Below are positions 13,859 to 28,883 of a stretch of DNA of 64,000 nt, one piece after another. The stretch's first letter is position 1. The number at the start of each line of letters is the position of its first letter. This DNA is from Ascidiella aspersa (Eukaryota). The stretch lies in assembly GCA_963924565.1 (NCBI GenBank), contig OZ004607.1:9486001-9550000 (forward strand), given 5' to 3'. The notes below the pieces were generated by a model. That model made no database searches. It was not told the origin of the DNA and worked only from the letters and a program-made list of their open reading frames with translations. Both the position numbers and the translations under genes were made by a program.

Positions 13859-16800
13859 GCATCTGTAAATCTTCAGTCGTTAAAAGTTCGGCGATGGCGT
13901 GATATTTTGGGGGCGATCGTCGATCACAGTTATCACATGCTTGTTGTTTAATTTGTGGGCATCGGTCGTGATAAACCAGTGCAAGAGATTAAGTGTCCAA
14001 ACGCTGTCGGCGGCTTTTTACGAGCCTACTAAACGAGACGAGTCCTATCACGAACAAAGAAAAAAATACGTCAATGGTCGACTAGAATTTTCAAATAGGC
14101 GTGTCTACCCTTTTCGCTTACCGAACACTTGAAATACGAAAATTGTTTTTCGAAACGCTGGAAAAATTGTATGGGCTTCGATATGCATTCTACTTTAAAT
14201 CCGGTTATAGTTATATGAAGCAACCTTCTTGCAACCTTGGATACGTTGTACAATAACAACTATAGCGTATGTATTCAAAACTCAGTTTTGCAGAACCGTA
14301 ATCCCCAAATCAGTTTTTAAGCCCTGTTATCTCAGTTCAACAATGCGCAATGCCATTTGCAACAATATCCCTGCAAACTCACAAATCGAATCTCCGCCCT
14401 GCATTCAGTCGCAGTTGTAGCAATGCTGTGTGCCAAGACGGTATACGAAGCGCCAAATAGCGTCGACCGACACAATCCGGCAGGTCGCGAGTTTCGCGTT
14501 CTTGTGGGAACCTCTGACTCGATCTCTCACTCTCTCAAGCGTTTGACCTGACGGCAAGGTTGCTGGCGCTGCAGTCGACTGGAGGGGCCGGATCACGCGC
14601 TTTTGCCTGAACCTCTGGTAACCCTTTAGGTTACCCGAGAACCTTAGAAATAGGTATGTTTTATTTTGTGACACAAAATTACAACTTCGGATTTGCTTTA
14701 CTACACGAATTAAATTTAACTATTTTTTTACCTGTCTATGTTATCCCCCAGAACTTTTAGTTTATCTGTGTTAACGAGATTGTAAAATAAGGACCCAAAA
14801 TAACTAACATTTCCAGTAAAACGCCCGATATAGTAGTTGCATGTTTAAATGACTCTTTTTCTTTCGAGGAACACGCCACACATACTGATAAATCGGGTGC
14901 TAAGGAAAGTTTGACAACACCTGGTTTAGTTTGTACGGTTTCCCCTTCTGTTCAATTCTTTGGGACCCGGACGCTTCTTCGGTTCACATGGTGCCGCTTG
15001 GCGCCCGCCCAGTCCCCCCCCCCCCCCACCTGCTTTGCCGTGCCTTGCGCTCTGCTAGTTTGAAGGGCTCCACATATACGGCGTAAGTGGGCCAACGGTT
15101 ACAATCGCAATTCCCATTTGGCCATCAAGTGCAGCTTTAAGGTTTGTGCATTTTATCAACAAAAAAACGGATTGTAACTTTGCAAGCTGTCTAAACATGG
15201 ACACCCAATTGTTACCGCGTGAGGCGCGTATAGCACGGGGTTGACTCCATGATGCAAACTCCATGATGCCTTTCACAACTGCCAAATGCCTGCTTGGCAA
15301 GCCCGCGTGGTAAGTTTGCGACAAATATTTTATCGTGAGTGCAATAACAATCACGCTCGCGACTCATCTAGTCGATATTCACCCGGAAATCCACTCGGAC
15401 CCCCACCCCCCTATCGCGGGTCACGATAAACATCGCCCCATTATCACGTCACTGTCAAGTCTCAGAAAATCCCCAAACGGCTTAACATGACGCGACTACT
15501 AGCAAACAGTCGCGGTTTAGAAACGCCCACATTAAAATACAAACCCGAATGTTTTTACCGTCTTAACACTATAATTAACAAGTTTTACCGCAACAATGCC
15601 TAATTTGGGTCAAATTAGGTATAAACGAACCCGTTTTTTTTACATTTCATCCAATCTGTTGGCCTTGTAATGCGATGACTAACTGTATTTTAATATTTAC
15701 ATTAATATTCATAAGTTTTTGCAAACTAGTGCTCCACTGTGGTCAAAGTGGCTATAAAATTCTTGAAAGGGGTAACTATAGGTTCCAAACAGCCTTCACG
15801 GTTTTAAAATCTACCCTTTCGACATATCTACACAAACATGCCTCAACCCTACTACACTTTATTAAACGTAAAAAAACAAAAAGAAAACGTTAGCCCCCAT
15901 ACGCGTTAGGGCCGAGCCGTGAGCGCAACACGCCAACCGCCAGTCTGCGGCCTCGACAGTGAATAATACGAGAGCGCGAGTTTCGTGAGGCGATTGCGTG
16001 CCAGCAGTGGGTCTGCTTGCGTCGCCAATTTCTGCGTATTACGCTGTCGATTGGCCTCCTTGTCGAAGATCGTATACTGTTGCTTTCGTGTTGTTCGACG
16101 TATTCTATTTGCTTGGGCCTGGCGCCGATGCGTATTGCTTCAAAGTGAATTGGATTGACTCTTTGCAACCAGCTTAGTATTTCTATTTGTGTTGTGTTGT
16201 TGTAGTGGTGCAGTAGGATGTTTTGGCATACACTTTTACGGAGATGGTCAACAAGGGTGTGTCTAGTTGTTGCTATATCGCAACTTTTAAAAAAATCGCT
16301 TAGTTTGTAAGGATTTTATCCTAAAGCTCGAAGCCAGCAAATGTTAAAAATTGGTCTATTTCTACTTAAAACTATACTTAAATCCAGGACCGCTTAATAT
16401 AAAGAACGTTTGATGTTGTGCCCTCGTTTTAAATTTCGCAAAACATGCTCGGCCGTTAAAACCCAAAATGTTGAACAGTTTGTCCAAATCTACAGTTAAC
16501 AGACGTTAGACGTAAATCAGAAGCAGCAACAGAAACTTGTGCTGATATAATAACGAATTTTTGCCTTAACTGGTTCAGTCATGCACCTGTTAGTTTTGTC
16601 GGATCAATATAAAAAAACGCATTACATTTACACTCGAAAGTTCATATCTACAAATCGGACGCGGGAAACGGTTTGCTGTTGATTTTGAAACGCACGCCGG
16701 ATGTTTTCGAGCGTGTGTTACGTCACAATCGCAGCAACACCTGCATTGTTGATTTGAAAAAAAACGAGTTCGAAAGTTTCGCCGAGTCCCAATTGATGTG

Positions 16801-19800
16801 GCGGCGCTCCGGGACGGATTAAACGCGCCGACGCCTGCTTTCAAGTGCGCGCAGCCCCCCTGCGCAGTGGCCCCTCCCCCCGGCGACACTTTGTTGCTTC
16901 ATAGTACAAGTACATGGCGACGGATCGAAACCTCTTCATTCGCGATCGCAGTCTTCGCCCGTGTGTGTGTGTGTGTTTGTGTTTTCTGTGACAAAGTTGG
17001 GAAACCCGGATCTGAACGTTTTAGGCTGCTTTCATTGCCTGTGGATTTACAACTGATCTTTAAAAAAAGGTGGCCGCAAGCAAAATGATGGCCGCTGGAT
17101 TCGTGGTCAAGTATCAATGCAGATGTAAGTGTTCCAATCTTGGGTTTTGTGTATGCAAATTTGTTGGAAACTCGTTGATTCATGACTGGTTTAGTCTTTA
17201 GCTTGTTTCAACCATATAAAAAAACGACTAGGTTACGTCGTGATGCCTGCTTTCGCAGGAAGTTTGTCAAATGATAAGCTCCATCTTCAGCTTTCTAATC
17301 GCTTGACATTGACTGTGTAATCACATATTTTGTTAAACGCGCGAGATTATTTTGACGTCGGTTATTTCTCTCTTGATGTATGACCACAGTGAAACCACAC
17401 TTAGGGCGCAATGGAGTTTTCGGACAGTTGATCTGCGTTTTTGTCTTTCCATATTAAAAAGGCTTGTGCATTCTCCAGTTTTTCATCTTTCAAATTGTAA
17501 TATAAAGCCTACTTTAAGAAGGTTAAAGTGTAAATTTTTAATAAGTCTTCCAGAAGTCGTATTGGCCAATAATAACTCAGCACGTTTCATAGTGTCCTTA
17601 AATCATTGGGGGGCTTTATCCAAGTTCCTGTATTTAAATTTGTGAAAACTACTTTATGAGGGAGAGAGTACAGTTTTAAAAGTTTTGCAGAAGCCACATT
17701 GGGCAACAAGATTTCGGCACGTTTCAAGTACAGGAATGTCCCGGAAACTTTCGGAAATGCCTTACCGAAAATCGGTCCAATCTTAGAAACTACGTGCAAG
17801 ACTATGCGCTATGGCCAGACATGAACATAGCCTGATTGCAAATCCATTTTAAATTTCGCCGAAATAAAACAGGGAAAGTCCACAAGAACGGGTCCGCTAA
17901 AAAGCTTATACCTGCTCGTAAGTCGTAATGTTGTTTACCGGTGTCGTAACTCTGGTGTAACTGATTAAATAAGCCAGGCCAAAAGCCCATAGGCGTTCCC
18001 AGTAGTTGTGGTATACCTTGCTGCGTCAACTGCTTGGATCATGTTACGAACCAAAGGCTTGATTTAACCCTAATCATCTAACTTCTTTACCAAGCAAGGC
18101 ACAACGCCATAAGCAGTACGTAGACAGTTTAATAGCAGCTTGGAATTATTTGAACTTTTGGTTTAGGATTGTGGTGGGAAACACGTTGTGTTTAAGGTTA
18201 GTCGTTCTTAAAATGTCCGCTAAGATTTTATTTTCCGCTCAACATCTTTGAAATTAATTTACTAAAAAAGTAATTTTTCTTCTGTGATTTTTAGTTATGT
18301 TGTTTTGGTTACGAGATCCTTAGCATCACGATGAGTTCTGACAATTAAGTTATTTCAATGTTTTATATGTAACAATTTACCTGCCAATAATAGATGGGCA
18401 GAGTAACCTTGCAAAGGCGTTACGAAGAGTTCGCCCAAACACGGCCTTTAAAACTTATTTAACGTTGGACCCTGGACTCACGGAAATAAGTGCTCAATAG
18501 TGACCACAGTTCTGGTTCCCGAGCAGCGGTCATTCGTCGAAAGCGCGGCGCTGTTTGTTAGCAGTTGTCATCGCGAGCTGGCCTTGTGTCAACAAGCAGC
18601 AATCCTCGACCCGTCGTCCCTCCCGTAAGCAAGGTCCCTGTTAGCTCACATCAGCAACAACAAGTCGAATGTGGAATGTAGAACGACTGACGCAGGACCC
18701 TATGGCTGCGGTCAGGTCAGGCCGGGCCAGCGTCGCTGCGCTGACGTTCCCAACTTGTGTTAACCGTTCTGCGCGCGGAAACCAGTTTATGTTGACCAAG
18801 CTTGCGAGAAAGAAGTCGTGACGTTTTTCTGAGGCGATTTGAACACGTAGTCTTTGGGTTGAATGTGCAGTTTGTTAGAGATATTATACAGAGCGTTTCA
18901 AAGTATGTTGAAGTCTTTTTCAGCAATCTAGTTTAAGGTGTCTTTTACTTTGTTGTTAAAAGGTTGTTCCACTTTGTCGATTGATAAGGAGCCTTGCTTT
19001 TCGAAAGGCTTCAAAGTTAATGTCTTCGAGTATGAACGTTTCCTAGTTAAATTTGCCCTGGAAAAAAGCGTTTCTAAAACCTTCTTAAATCCAGTTGATA
19101 TACAGGGAACTTCCATGTTTTAAGGCATTTTTACAAAAAATGTAGTTTTAAACCTTTTCCGCTTAGCCAGTAAGTTTAAGGACTTATATTTGCAGACGTG
19201 ATTTTAGCAACAGTAAACGAATATATCCAAGCAAAACGCACAGCTGCATTCCTCATGCGTAGCTCGAGCGTTGTTGGAGTTGTTACGTCATGAATTAGTC
19301 GACCCGGGGTGGATGGCACTTCACGCCCAAGTGCGAATGTGCTTGTTTGACTCGTCCGGTAAACCCGCACCACTCTTGGCACGGCGGCTACATACTGTAT
19401 ATGTGGCCACTGGCCAGATTGCATGTGGTATTTCTTTATAATTCCGAACCTAGCACGGAAACAGGGCGAAGAGAGTTATTTTTGTGTAAACTGTAAAATT
19501 GGCATAAATTTAGATCCGGAAACAAGTTTGCATTTCCGCTTTAAAGTTAGTAGCTCGAGTTCTTTTATTTTTCCCTTTTTTGTAGAAGTTAGGCAAAAGT
19601 TGATGTTAAACAGAAGCTTATCAGGAGCCATTGTAATCGAGCCAACAATATTAGCCCAAAATGACAGCGTACATCCACATAAAGATAGTCCGAAATCTAA
19701 TTTTTTAAAGTAAAACGTGGACGAAATAATGTGTTCACTAGCCAATCCTCTATTAACCGCCAATTAAAATTGCTGACTGAAAATAGTCGTACCCCTTATT

Positions 19801-20509
19801 GCAAGAAACAAATTAAAAAGATGCCTTAATTTCGCATATGTTTTAGCTGGGGCCAAAAGACATACATATGAATCGGGAGCCTGGCGCTTGTTAAAGCGGC
19901 CAAGTACATTAGCCCGTCAACGTCAGAACGGCATATGCTTGCCCTTGTAAAACGAGCGGGGTGCGGTTCGGCATCGTCACCACATATTTGCACCCGCTGT
20001 CTGTCTGTCGCCTCGCCGTCGAAAGGCCAGCAGACGTTCAGTGGGACGGCTCGCAAATTGAGATAGCTCGCTTGCTGGCTTGCTAGGGCGTTTTCGTGGC
20101 GGCTTGAACGTTTGAGGTGGTACTTTACGCCTATACGCATTGAAATGTCGCTCGTTCAGTATCCAACCGCAACTTTATTGGAATGGAAACGCCGATGTAC
20201 AAAAAAGGCGGTTCGAGTTTTGGACGCGTTTCTGCGCCCCTGGTGGACCTTTTGTTGTTAGCTTACGTGGTTTCAGTTAGGAAATTGGAAAAATTCAGCG
20301 TTTGTTGTTTAAAGGCAAGGCTGTAATAATTGCCGTCTACATTGGCTAGAGACGCTACGCCTATCTCACTATCGTCAGGATGAAGTTATTTACAGATCGA
20401 TTTCATAGATTCGAAATTTTAAAAAATCCAAAACTATCCTGCGATTCGTTTATATTGTTTGGGCTTCATGAGATAACTTTCAAAGTGATATTAAACGAAG
20501 CATTTAGGC

Positions 20510-20780
20510 CAGTGTTTCTTAACCTATGTGTTGCCACCCAAAATTGAGTCGTCGTTTGATTTGTTTTGGTCGCCGATTGCAGCCGATTGCAGTCGATAGC
20601 ATGGTGAAAAAACTAGACAAAAAGACGTAGCTTATGTTAATTAATTTCGCACTAAGAAGAATGACGTCGTAAGTTTTGTTGACTTACAAAAGTTCAGTGA
20701 AAAGAATTGGTCGCCGAAGCTTCGTTGTTATACTTACGCTTAGTGTTTAGATCGCTGCAAAAAAAGGTTAAGAAACATTG
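20510..20780. mobile_element. hAT/Charlie-like MITE
   Basis: TIRs CAGTGTTTCTTAACC / GGTTAAGAAACATTG, with a degenerate 8-bp TSD atttaggc/atttacct. Confidence 0.7.
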
Positions 20781-22506
20781 ATTTACCTGATTTGTAAATA
20801 TCAGAACATACGGTGCATAAAACAAAACTACTGGAGTAGTATGTGTAAAGGGACATTTCCCACATCTATAAGATAGATTTATGGGGTTTTTAATTGCAAT
20901 TGCAGTTTGTTCTCTCAGTCAGCATGCAAATACTCTTCTAGGCATTGTTGAATAACCAGTACGTGATAAAATTATCCTTGTTCGTGCGCTCGTAATTAGC
21001 TGGTACACCAGAAATTGTAATGCTTTGTTAGTTCCGATTAAGGCACTGCATTTACAGTAGGCTGCGAGTTTATGTAAAATAGAAGTGTTCTGCGGTCTGC
21101 TGTAATGTTTAATAAAAAAAATAGAACGTGCTCATATAATTTGCATTTAGATAAACAAAAAGAGGTTCAAAAATGAAAGGATGTGAACTACATTTTTGCT
21201 TAGGGCAGCCTGAGAAAGCATCTATCATTGTCAAATAACCCTCATAAAATAGAACAACTGTAACAAGCCGTATCTACAATTGTCCATTTAAGCTCACTAC
21301 TTTTTACACGTGTACATTCCGCAAACAGGACAAACATCCATTCCACTTCAACCCAGCGTGTCCGTACACGTCACAGCGGCGATTGTGACGTAACTTAGGG
21401 GCTGAATTTGTTGTGATTTCCACAACCACACAAGCTAAGCACTTATACCTGCTGGAACGACTACCAGTTGCGAAATACTGGCGAGGTTTTACAGTGCATG
21501 CGCAAGTTAGATAAGGCAGCAGCCTTCGGGCGACCTTTTGCAGCCAGGGTAGAGCTAGATCACGCACGCGTCCACTAACCGCTTTTTTTCGCGGTGTTGG
21601 TTTTAAGTTTCAGGCAGACGCAGTAAAAATTTGCATGTGCAGCTAACGGATACTGTTCGCCAAGATGTACGCTTGTCAGCTTTCACTGCAGTTGTATTGA
21701 GTTAGTGGGAAAACATAACACAATATTTGGACTGTGGTTAGTCATATTATCCTATAATATTCTTGGCTAGGCCTCGAAACAGTTTCGGCAATATTATTTG
21801 GGTTATGTTGACAATGATGTGACATGCTATCTTTGACCAAAGATGGACAAAAGTAGTATCCATTCCAGATTAATTAATTTTCAATAAACTGCGTATAATC
21901 TTTCAAATAGTAGATGTTGCGAGAAAATCGTGTCGTCATATTCCGTGTGAATCGGCAAATGAATGAGTTCGTGACGAGGCAATGGCGACCTACGTTTAAC
22001 AAGCCAGTATTATTGACACAGTAAAAAACGCAATATCATCTTATTTCTTCGCGTCGCTTTACTGTTTATGCGATCGATTGATTAATTACTGATGCGCACG
22101 TTCGGTCGTTCGTATATAAAAGTAGCACGACCCAAATTTTTAAAACGTAAAAAAGCTGGTTTGGGATTATAATAACTGGAAGTTGTAGTTACTAGTAGAT
22201 TAAATAAAAGCCCATAGAAAAGTAAGTAGAATATTTAAAACGCACAAAATGCCTCCTAATTCTGTATGAGCAGTTGATATTCATTCTAATAAACGGCTGT
22301 TATAAATAAAAGCATATGGTTGGCCTCCTCCAACCGCTATATGCGTTTATCAGTCGGCTTGTATTACAAGACGGTGGGTACAAGTATGCAAGTGTAGTTA
22401 ACATGCACTTCTAATCGTGGTCTGCTCTAAATATATACGCCGATGTTGTAAGTGGGTGTGTGTACGTTACCCCATGCAGGGGGGTAACAAACTCCCCCAT
22501 CCGTAG

Positions 22507-22594
22507 TGACGTCATAGACCCATGAGAGGAAGCAGCCAATCGTTTAAACCGGTCAAGCGAAGAAATAAATTATAATTAGCGTGCTTTTATAAAA
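22507..22594 (+). promoter_or_regulatory. Candidate Pol II promoter: CRE TGACGTCA (22507-22514), CCAAT (22536-22540), TATAAAA (22588-22594)
   Basis: The three motifs occur in canonical order just upstream of the ATG at 22628 and the donor at 22638. Confidence 0.45.
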
Positions 22595-22627
22595 GCCCCC
22601 CATGTAAGCTGACCAAAATTTCAAAAG

Positions 22628-24290
22628 ATGGATAAAGGTAAGGCGCTGAACGATTTTTGAAGTGTCCTATAAATTGACCTCACCTCTTGTTTATATTTAG
22701 GCTAGGTTTGCCTTAACAAAGCGGCTTAAAGTCCGTCCAGGTGGTCGCAGTTTGCGACAAAATCGGGCCTGGACAGCTGGAAAGCTATTTTTGGCGTCTT
22801 TCACCGGTTAAGGCGTGTTCGTGTGTTATGAAGTAGGCGAAACTTCAAAACATCTCGCGGAATAATGTACTCGATTTGTCCTGAGTATCTTTGCAAAGCT
22901 ATTCATTCTTAAACCTTTTTGCGGGCCATTAAACAAGACAATGTTTTTACATCTTTGCGACCCATATTTTAACTATCTACGGTTACGAATTAATGGGACC
23001 TTAAGATGCTGCAACCCATTTACTGATTACCTGGCGAGGTTGTAGTGGTTGGGTCTTCACAAAATTAAAGAACTAACACTATGGACGTTTCTTCCCATTT
23101 TAGGATCTACAGCGTCACAGCTGACTTGAAGGTGGTTTTTGGCCTCTCGCTGTGCCAGGCATGTTGATAATGTAGTTTAGTTTTTTGTTGGACAGTTGCT
23201 TATTTGTGCTGATCCTTATGCGTGGCAAATAATACTTACTTAATTACTTCTAAAGGTATATATTTCAAGGTTGTCTTAGCATGAGTGCAGTACACGAAAT
23301 ACGCAAAACAATTTCCCCAATGAGCCCAAAACTCCCGTAGTAAATTCCGTACTCGTCGCGTTGAAGGAGTTGCCAAAATCCGTGGTATTTACTGCCTTCC
23401 CACGGGTGTACTGTACGTGGCATTGCAAACGCGCCATTGTTGTTGTTGTTTTCTATCCCGAACCTTTACGTGTTGTCTCGCCCGTCGAGTGTTCGCACCC
23501 CGCTTATCTCTTAATTCCCCGACACACCGACTGTAAAGGTGACGTTTTAGGCGACTAAATATTTGCCATTCTCCTTTGTGATATATGATGTTAGGTTTTA
23601 AATCGTTTTTGTTAAGTTACTCTAAAAATCATCCGAAGTCCACTATAGACTGTACCTTTTTTTGTCACTTGGTATACGGTTTTGCGAGTTATGCTATGCA
23701 TAATGCATGATTCGAGGTCGTTTGTTATTCCCAGTCAGACCAGTTTTTAACAGATGGTTTGACTAGTCGGCTGCTCTGTTTGTTTCTCGTTTGCATAATG
23801 TTGAGCATTGTTGCGTACGTACAGTTAGTTTGGTGACCAGATCGTTCAAATATAGCACATTTTTAGTTGTAAGGCACTAAGAGTGTCTTTAGTGTCTTGT
23901 AATGAAACTTGACTGTTTTTATGTTGTATTTTCCGTCAGGTGGCAGTAAGCGTTTGTTTTCTTTTTACAGAATTCTTCGCTGTCTGTTTGTAGGGCTTTA
24001 GGAATAAAACTAAAACTGCACCGTTTTTACAAACAGCTTAACTGCCTGTCTCTTTTCTGGCAGTTTTAAAGGTATTTTTTCAAATCATTTTGCAGGTGTT
24101 TTTACTAATAGTACGTGACAACCGAACACGACATTGTTGTATTAAACTAATTTTGTTAATCAATTTTTAAACTTAAAATTATTTGTTTAAAACAGAGTCA
24201 AAAACTAATCTTTTGCCTTTTTTATTCCCAGATTCTTACGACTCTGTGGCGTCTGATGCAAAGGAAGGAAACAGCAAGTCAAAGTTCAAG
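22628..24290 (+). CDS. Candidate RhoGEF N-terminal exons: 22628-22637 (MDK) plus 24232-24290 (DSYDSVASDAKEGNSKSKFK)
   Basis: ATG GAT AAA G|GTAAGG is phase 1 and fits the exon bounded by ttttttattcccag| and AAG|GTAAGT. That exon is phase 1 in and phase 0 out, which fits the phase-0 core exon at 35483. Confidence 0.65.
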
Positions 24291-26093
24291 GTAAGTGTAA
24301 CTCGAAACCTAATGAATATATTATAATCGAAACCAAAATACGAGTCAAACGCTGACTCAGCATCGGGGAAAATACAATGGACTTAATGCCAGTTAAGCTT
24401 TTCCGAACGAAAACTATAGAAAATGAAAGAGGGTCGAAACTAAACGCTTTCTGAAACTTCTGGAATTTGCGGGAATCAAAAATCAGGAAGACATAAGCGG
24501 AAATGGGATCGCGAATTGTTTTTCGATTTTATCCCGAACAACCAACATCGGGGTGTAAAAGGCCATCTCGGAGTTTCACAAGAAGTAACAACTTTGAAAT
24601 CTTGTGATTCGATGTTAAAATTGTCTCGGAAGAAAGTATAGGATATTTTGCCAAACGGTTAAATTCTTCTTACCTACAAAATTCCCTTTATTAGAGTTTC
24701 TTTAAAAACAACTGTAAAAACGAAAAACGAAAAATGTTTTGTCCATGGTAAACGTAAAGGGTCTCAAAAGTTTGTACAGATTAAATGCGAGAACAAAACT
24801 AATAAGGTTTTGAAACCCAGTAATAAAGTCATAATGTTGTTGTGTCGCCCAATCAGCGCACTTCTGTCCGGCGGAAACACAAGGCGATACAACGCCGAAA
24901 AACACCGCTTACATCTTGGCCGAACGCGCGCCTTCTTGCTGTTGCTATTTCCATCCGGCCGCTACCCCACTCTCCCCAATTATGACGTCACGAGTTCCGA
25001 TGGCGCTTTGCTTGCCCCCTATGCCCACGCGGAAGTAATAGGCCTCCCCTGTACAAGCCCTCGTCGCGTTTTAAAGGTTTAAGCGCCTGGTTCTGGAAAC
25101 TTCCGCCGCCGGTTTGGGGATGCAAGCCAGGTGCTTGAAGTTGTGTTTTGTTGTCGCTGTTGCTTTTTTCCATCTGTAGGTTTGTTTTGTCGGCTTCGGC
25201 GCCATTCATAGCAATTTAATTTTTTTCTTGGCACATTTGTTTTTTTGCAACTACACCGGATGACTTCGGAAGTGCTCACCGAAATGTTTCTGCCGTGTCG
25301 GGGTTACGCGACTCGAGAAGGGCTTGATCACAGTATATACACATTGTTTATATATAAATATATATTATGTATTTGCACCTAAATTGGCCCAATGCCTTAT
25401 GAGAAAATAGTTTGAAGTGAGTTTAGCCCAAAGTATGACAGTAAAGAACTTGTTTTAAACTGAATTGATCTAATAAATGCTGACAGAATGGCAAGTTCGT
25501 TATATTACAACGACCAATAAATTTTGATAAACTTTAGCATTTTCACAACAGGGTCGCTCAGTCGAATGTCGCGCACTAGATTTTTCTAAACAGCCAAAGA
25601 AGACAAAACCATTAATATTTAACTTCAAGGAAAATCGTCTATGTCGAAAAATGTGTCTGGCTCGCCTGAATCTACGTTTTCAATCTTGCAGTATCAAGGT
25701 TTCTCAGCTTTGCTGTCGCGACTTGCTAGTGTCTCGCACCTGTTATCGCCTTATACCCCCAAAATAATACCTCGAAATCAACAACCTGACCCGAAGTGCC
25801 CTCGTCATCACGTAGTGACGTCACAGCTAGACCGCGGAATGGAGAAAATTCGGCGTTTCAGGTGAAAGTTACTTGAATCGATCACGTGACACCGACAGGA
25901 GGGTTGGTTTATTTTCATTGTGAGCCGCACAATCTCGTGTGACGTAGCAATGAACGCGGGAGCGTTTGGGATTGTTTCGCATTTCGTCGAATCGATCGGG
26001 CACGAGAAAAAATAACACTAAAGCTCAGCGGCTGAAATCAAGGTCAGCTCAGCGGTTTAGCGTGGTTTAGCCGAGGCGCAGTCGCACACGAAC

Positions 26094-26117
26094 ATGTTAA
26101 GAGTGGCGCAATGTATG
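26094..26117 (+). CDS. Candidate alternative first coding exon of the RhoGEF (MLRVAQCM)
   Basis: ATG...ATG|GTAAGG donor in phase 0, lying downstream of a GC-rich island with TGACGTCA at 25816. Confidence 0.35.
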
Positions 26118-27519
26118 GTAAGGTTGGTAAAAGTTAGAAGCAAATGCAAAATTTGGAGTGAACATGTTACAAAGTTGCCAAGAATAGCTCTGGATTTGAA
26201 TGTTTTGTAAAAATGTGTTTTTGTAAAAAAAAATTGCAGGTTATTGCAGGTTAACTCCGCAGCGCATTGAACAGTAAACTTGAAATTGTAAAAATGCGAA
26301 AGTGAAATTTGAAGTCAAAACGTAGAAAACTAGCAAGATGATCTCTAATGTCAGGTTCTGTTATGAAAATATAAAAGAAAACCTGATATGGAAAAAAATG
26401 CCCCAATTTTAGACTAAACCTGAATACGGTAACGTAAATCTTTAGAAAAAAACTGTTGCAAAAATCAGGTTTAAAACTAACATTTTGTTATGAAACTGTG
26501 CCCTTTTAATGGTTCGCAGCGCCAAAACAGTTTTGCGTGTTCGCGGCTTGCACAGCCACCAATCACCAATCAATGTCAAAAACTGTCAGAGCTCATCATT
26601 AGCGCATTGTCTTTCGGTTTTTCCCAAATTTTGAACCCGCTTTGGCCATGGATTTGCAGAGACATCGTGTCTATTTTTCTCAGAGGCATTTTGTGTTATG
26701 GTTTTCGATTAAGTGAACTCTTAAACTCTTAATTTTGTCAGCTTAACAAAAGAAAAATCTGTGCAACTATAGTTTTCGATAACCTTTGCGTATCTGTGCG
26801 TCGACTTTAGGCTATTTTTAGAGCCGAAAATGAGATTGCCATTCTATTGTGATTGCATGTAGCATACGATAACCTCAGGATGGTCATTTTAAATAGATAA
26901 AGAGATACCAGATCGAATGTTTTAGCGCCAATATGGTCTTACCCGTTTTTAAAAATATCGATGGTTTAACACATATCTAGACATGTTTAGGCGTACATCT
27001 ACCGTCATGTTAGGGAAATGTAATCAGGATATAAGTTATGTCAAGGAACAATCCGAACACGTGGATGGATAGGTTATAAGTATGTTACATGATAATAAGT
27101 TGTTTATCTAAAACAAAACAGGAACCCAAGTGGTAGCTCCGCAAAACTATAAATAAAGAACGCTTTACTAATGCACCCTTGTACGCCGTAAAATTCAAGG
27201 ATGGTTAAATTATGTTTTCGCTGCATTCATAGCCACGTCGAAAAAATGTCTATTGGGCAAAGTGTCAGCCAGTTTCCTCTTCTAAGCAATAGCGCAGAAC
27301 CCAAAGCTCAGCCTTTTAGACGTAGCGCCATTGTCTCACTATCTATCGCGCGTTAATAGTGTAATGAGCAAGACTACAAAACACCAATGAGGGTGAATTT
27401 AGGTGGTCGTTAAATCCCACAGGGGACTAGGATTGAGCTAAAGGTCTACGAGTCTGAAAAATTAACAGGCCAAAAGAAGTATGAATGGTTAGTTAAAAGG
27501 CGGGTGTTAGGGCTACTTA

Positions 27520-27830
27520 AGATCAAGATTACGACCCCAAATACCACCTAAGAGTGCCAGGGGAATTTTACATCTAATTTAGGACCCCCAAAGGGGTGTT
27601 AGAAAGATTAAATTTAGGTCCCCAATACCCTCAGGGGTGCTAGGGGACACATTAGATGAGTCTGAGAAATACCCCTAAAGATTGCCAGGGGTATTTTGGA
27701 TCAACAATTTAAGACCCCCAATACCCTAAGTGGTGCTAGAGATTAAATTTTGGGCCCCCACCTTAGAGATTAAATTTGTGGCCCCACCTTAGGGGGTGCT
27801 AGGGATACATTAGATAAGTATGAGAACCCC
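27520..27830. repeat. Degenerate minisatellite-like repeat (cccc..ataccc..ggggtgctag..gattaaattt units)
   Basis: Recurring gattaaattt, ccccaatacc and ggggtgctaggg modules. Confidence 0.65.
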
Positions 27831-28883
27831 AAAGTCAATCGCAGCATCTTTGAAATATTTTGTGAGGCGAACGAAGCATTTTGAGAGTCCTTTGATTAAT
27901 TAGACTTGTGTAGTTGTGGCGTAAGTCAAGCGTCGCTTCATCTTCAGTGCGAGTGCGCGCGTGCGTACTTAGAGAGGCCGCGTGCGCGTATGTGTGCCAT
28001 GACACAACGGGGCTAGCGATCGGGCTTTTTCGTGCGCTCATGACGCGCTGCGCTTCCTGTTCTAAACCGCTCTCACACGCGCCACGAAAGCGCCAGAATC
28101 AGCAGAAGTAAAAGCAGCAGTAGCAGGCAAAAAATCCTATCTTCCGGCGATCTTTCGCTGAGACACTGACCTAGTAAACAAGCCAGCTGATGGGGAGCTC
28201 AGCGAAAGGTTTCGTTCTCCTTGTTTTTAGCCTTATTAACACAAAGTTGTTTGGGTGAATCAGAGACCATTTCGCCACAAGCGACGTCATCAGCAATCGC
28301 TTCCTTGTAGCTGATTGCAGGTTGAGTCAGTGGTAGTATAGAAAGCGCGATTGTCCAGAGTAGAGGCGAGGATATTGTCAGATTACGCAGTTGTAAAAGC
28401 CGTCGCTTTTTGCGCTGTTTTTGCAACCTAGAGTCCTAAAGGTGTAATTAGGACAAACTTTAAATATCGACGAAAACTGAAGCATTTAAACTGTGCAATC
28501 GTTCAGAATAGGCCACAATGCTCCTTTTGAAATCAATGCATTTTTTAAGTTTTTCGCCGCTTCAAAGTGTATTTAAGCCAAAGTTTAAAGATGTCGCCAT
28601 ATCTTAAAGACTCAAGTGGCTATAACGTGGTGTGGTAGTGATATGTAAGTACGTATATAGAAGCCTCAACTGTTTTGCACCAACGCCGTGTTCTATCTAA
28701 CCGGATGCGTTTTGTTTCGTTGACGCAGCTGCCTGCCTTTTATACAGTAAGAGTTGCCTACCCACCCACACACATAATAGCTGTTTAAAAAGCAATATGA
28801 AAAGCTGGTGACAAAACGCCGCAACTACTGCCGCCTCTTTTACCTCGCGGAGGACTTAGCTTAAACACGGAACACGCGGACTT

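Noticed and set aside
396-21567. Numerous 60-120 aa ORFs in the supplied track
   Set aside because: They show no recognisable domains or coding-like composition, many use non-ATG starts, and such ORFs are expected by chance in intronic or intergenic DNA.
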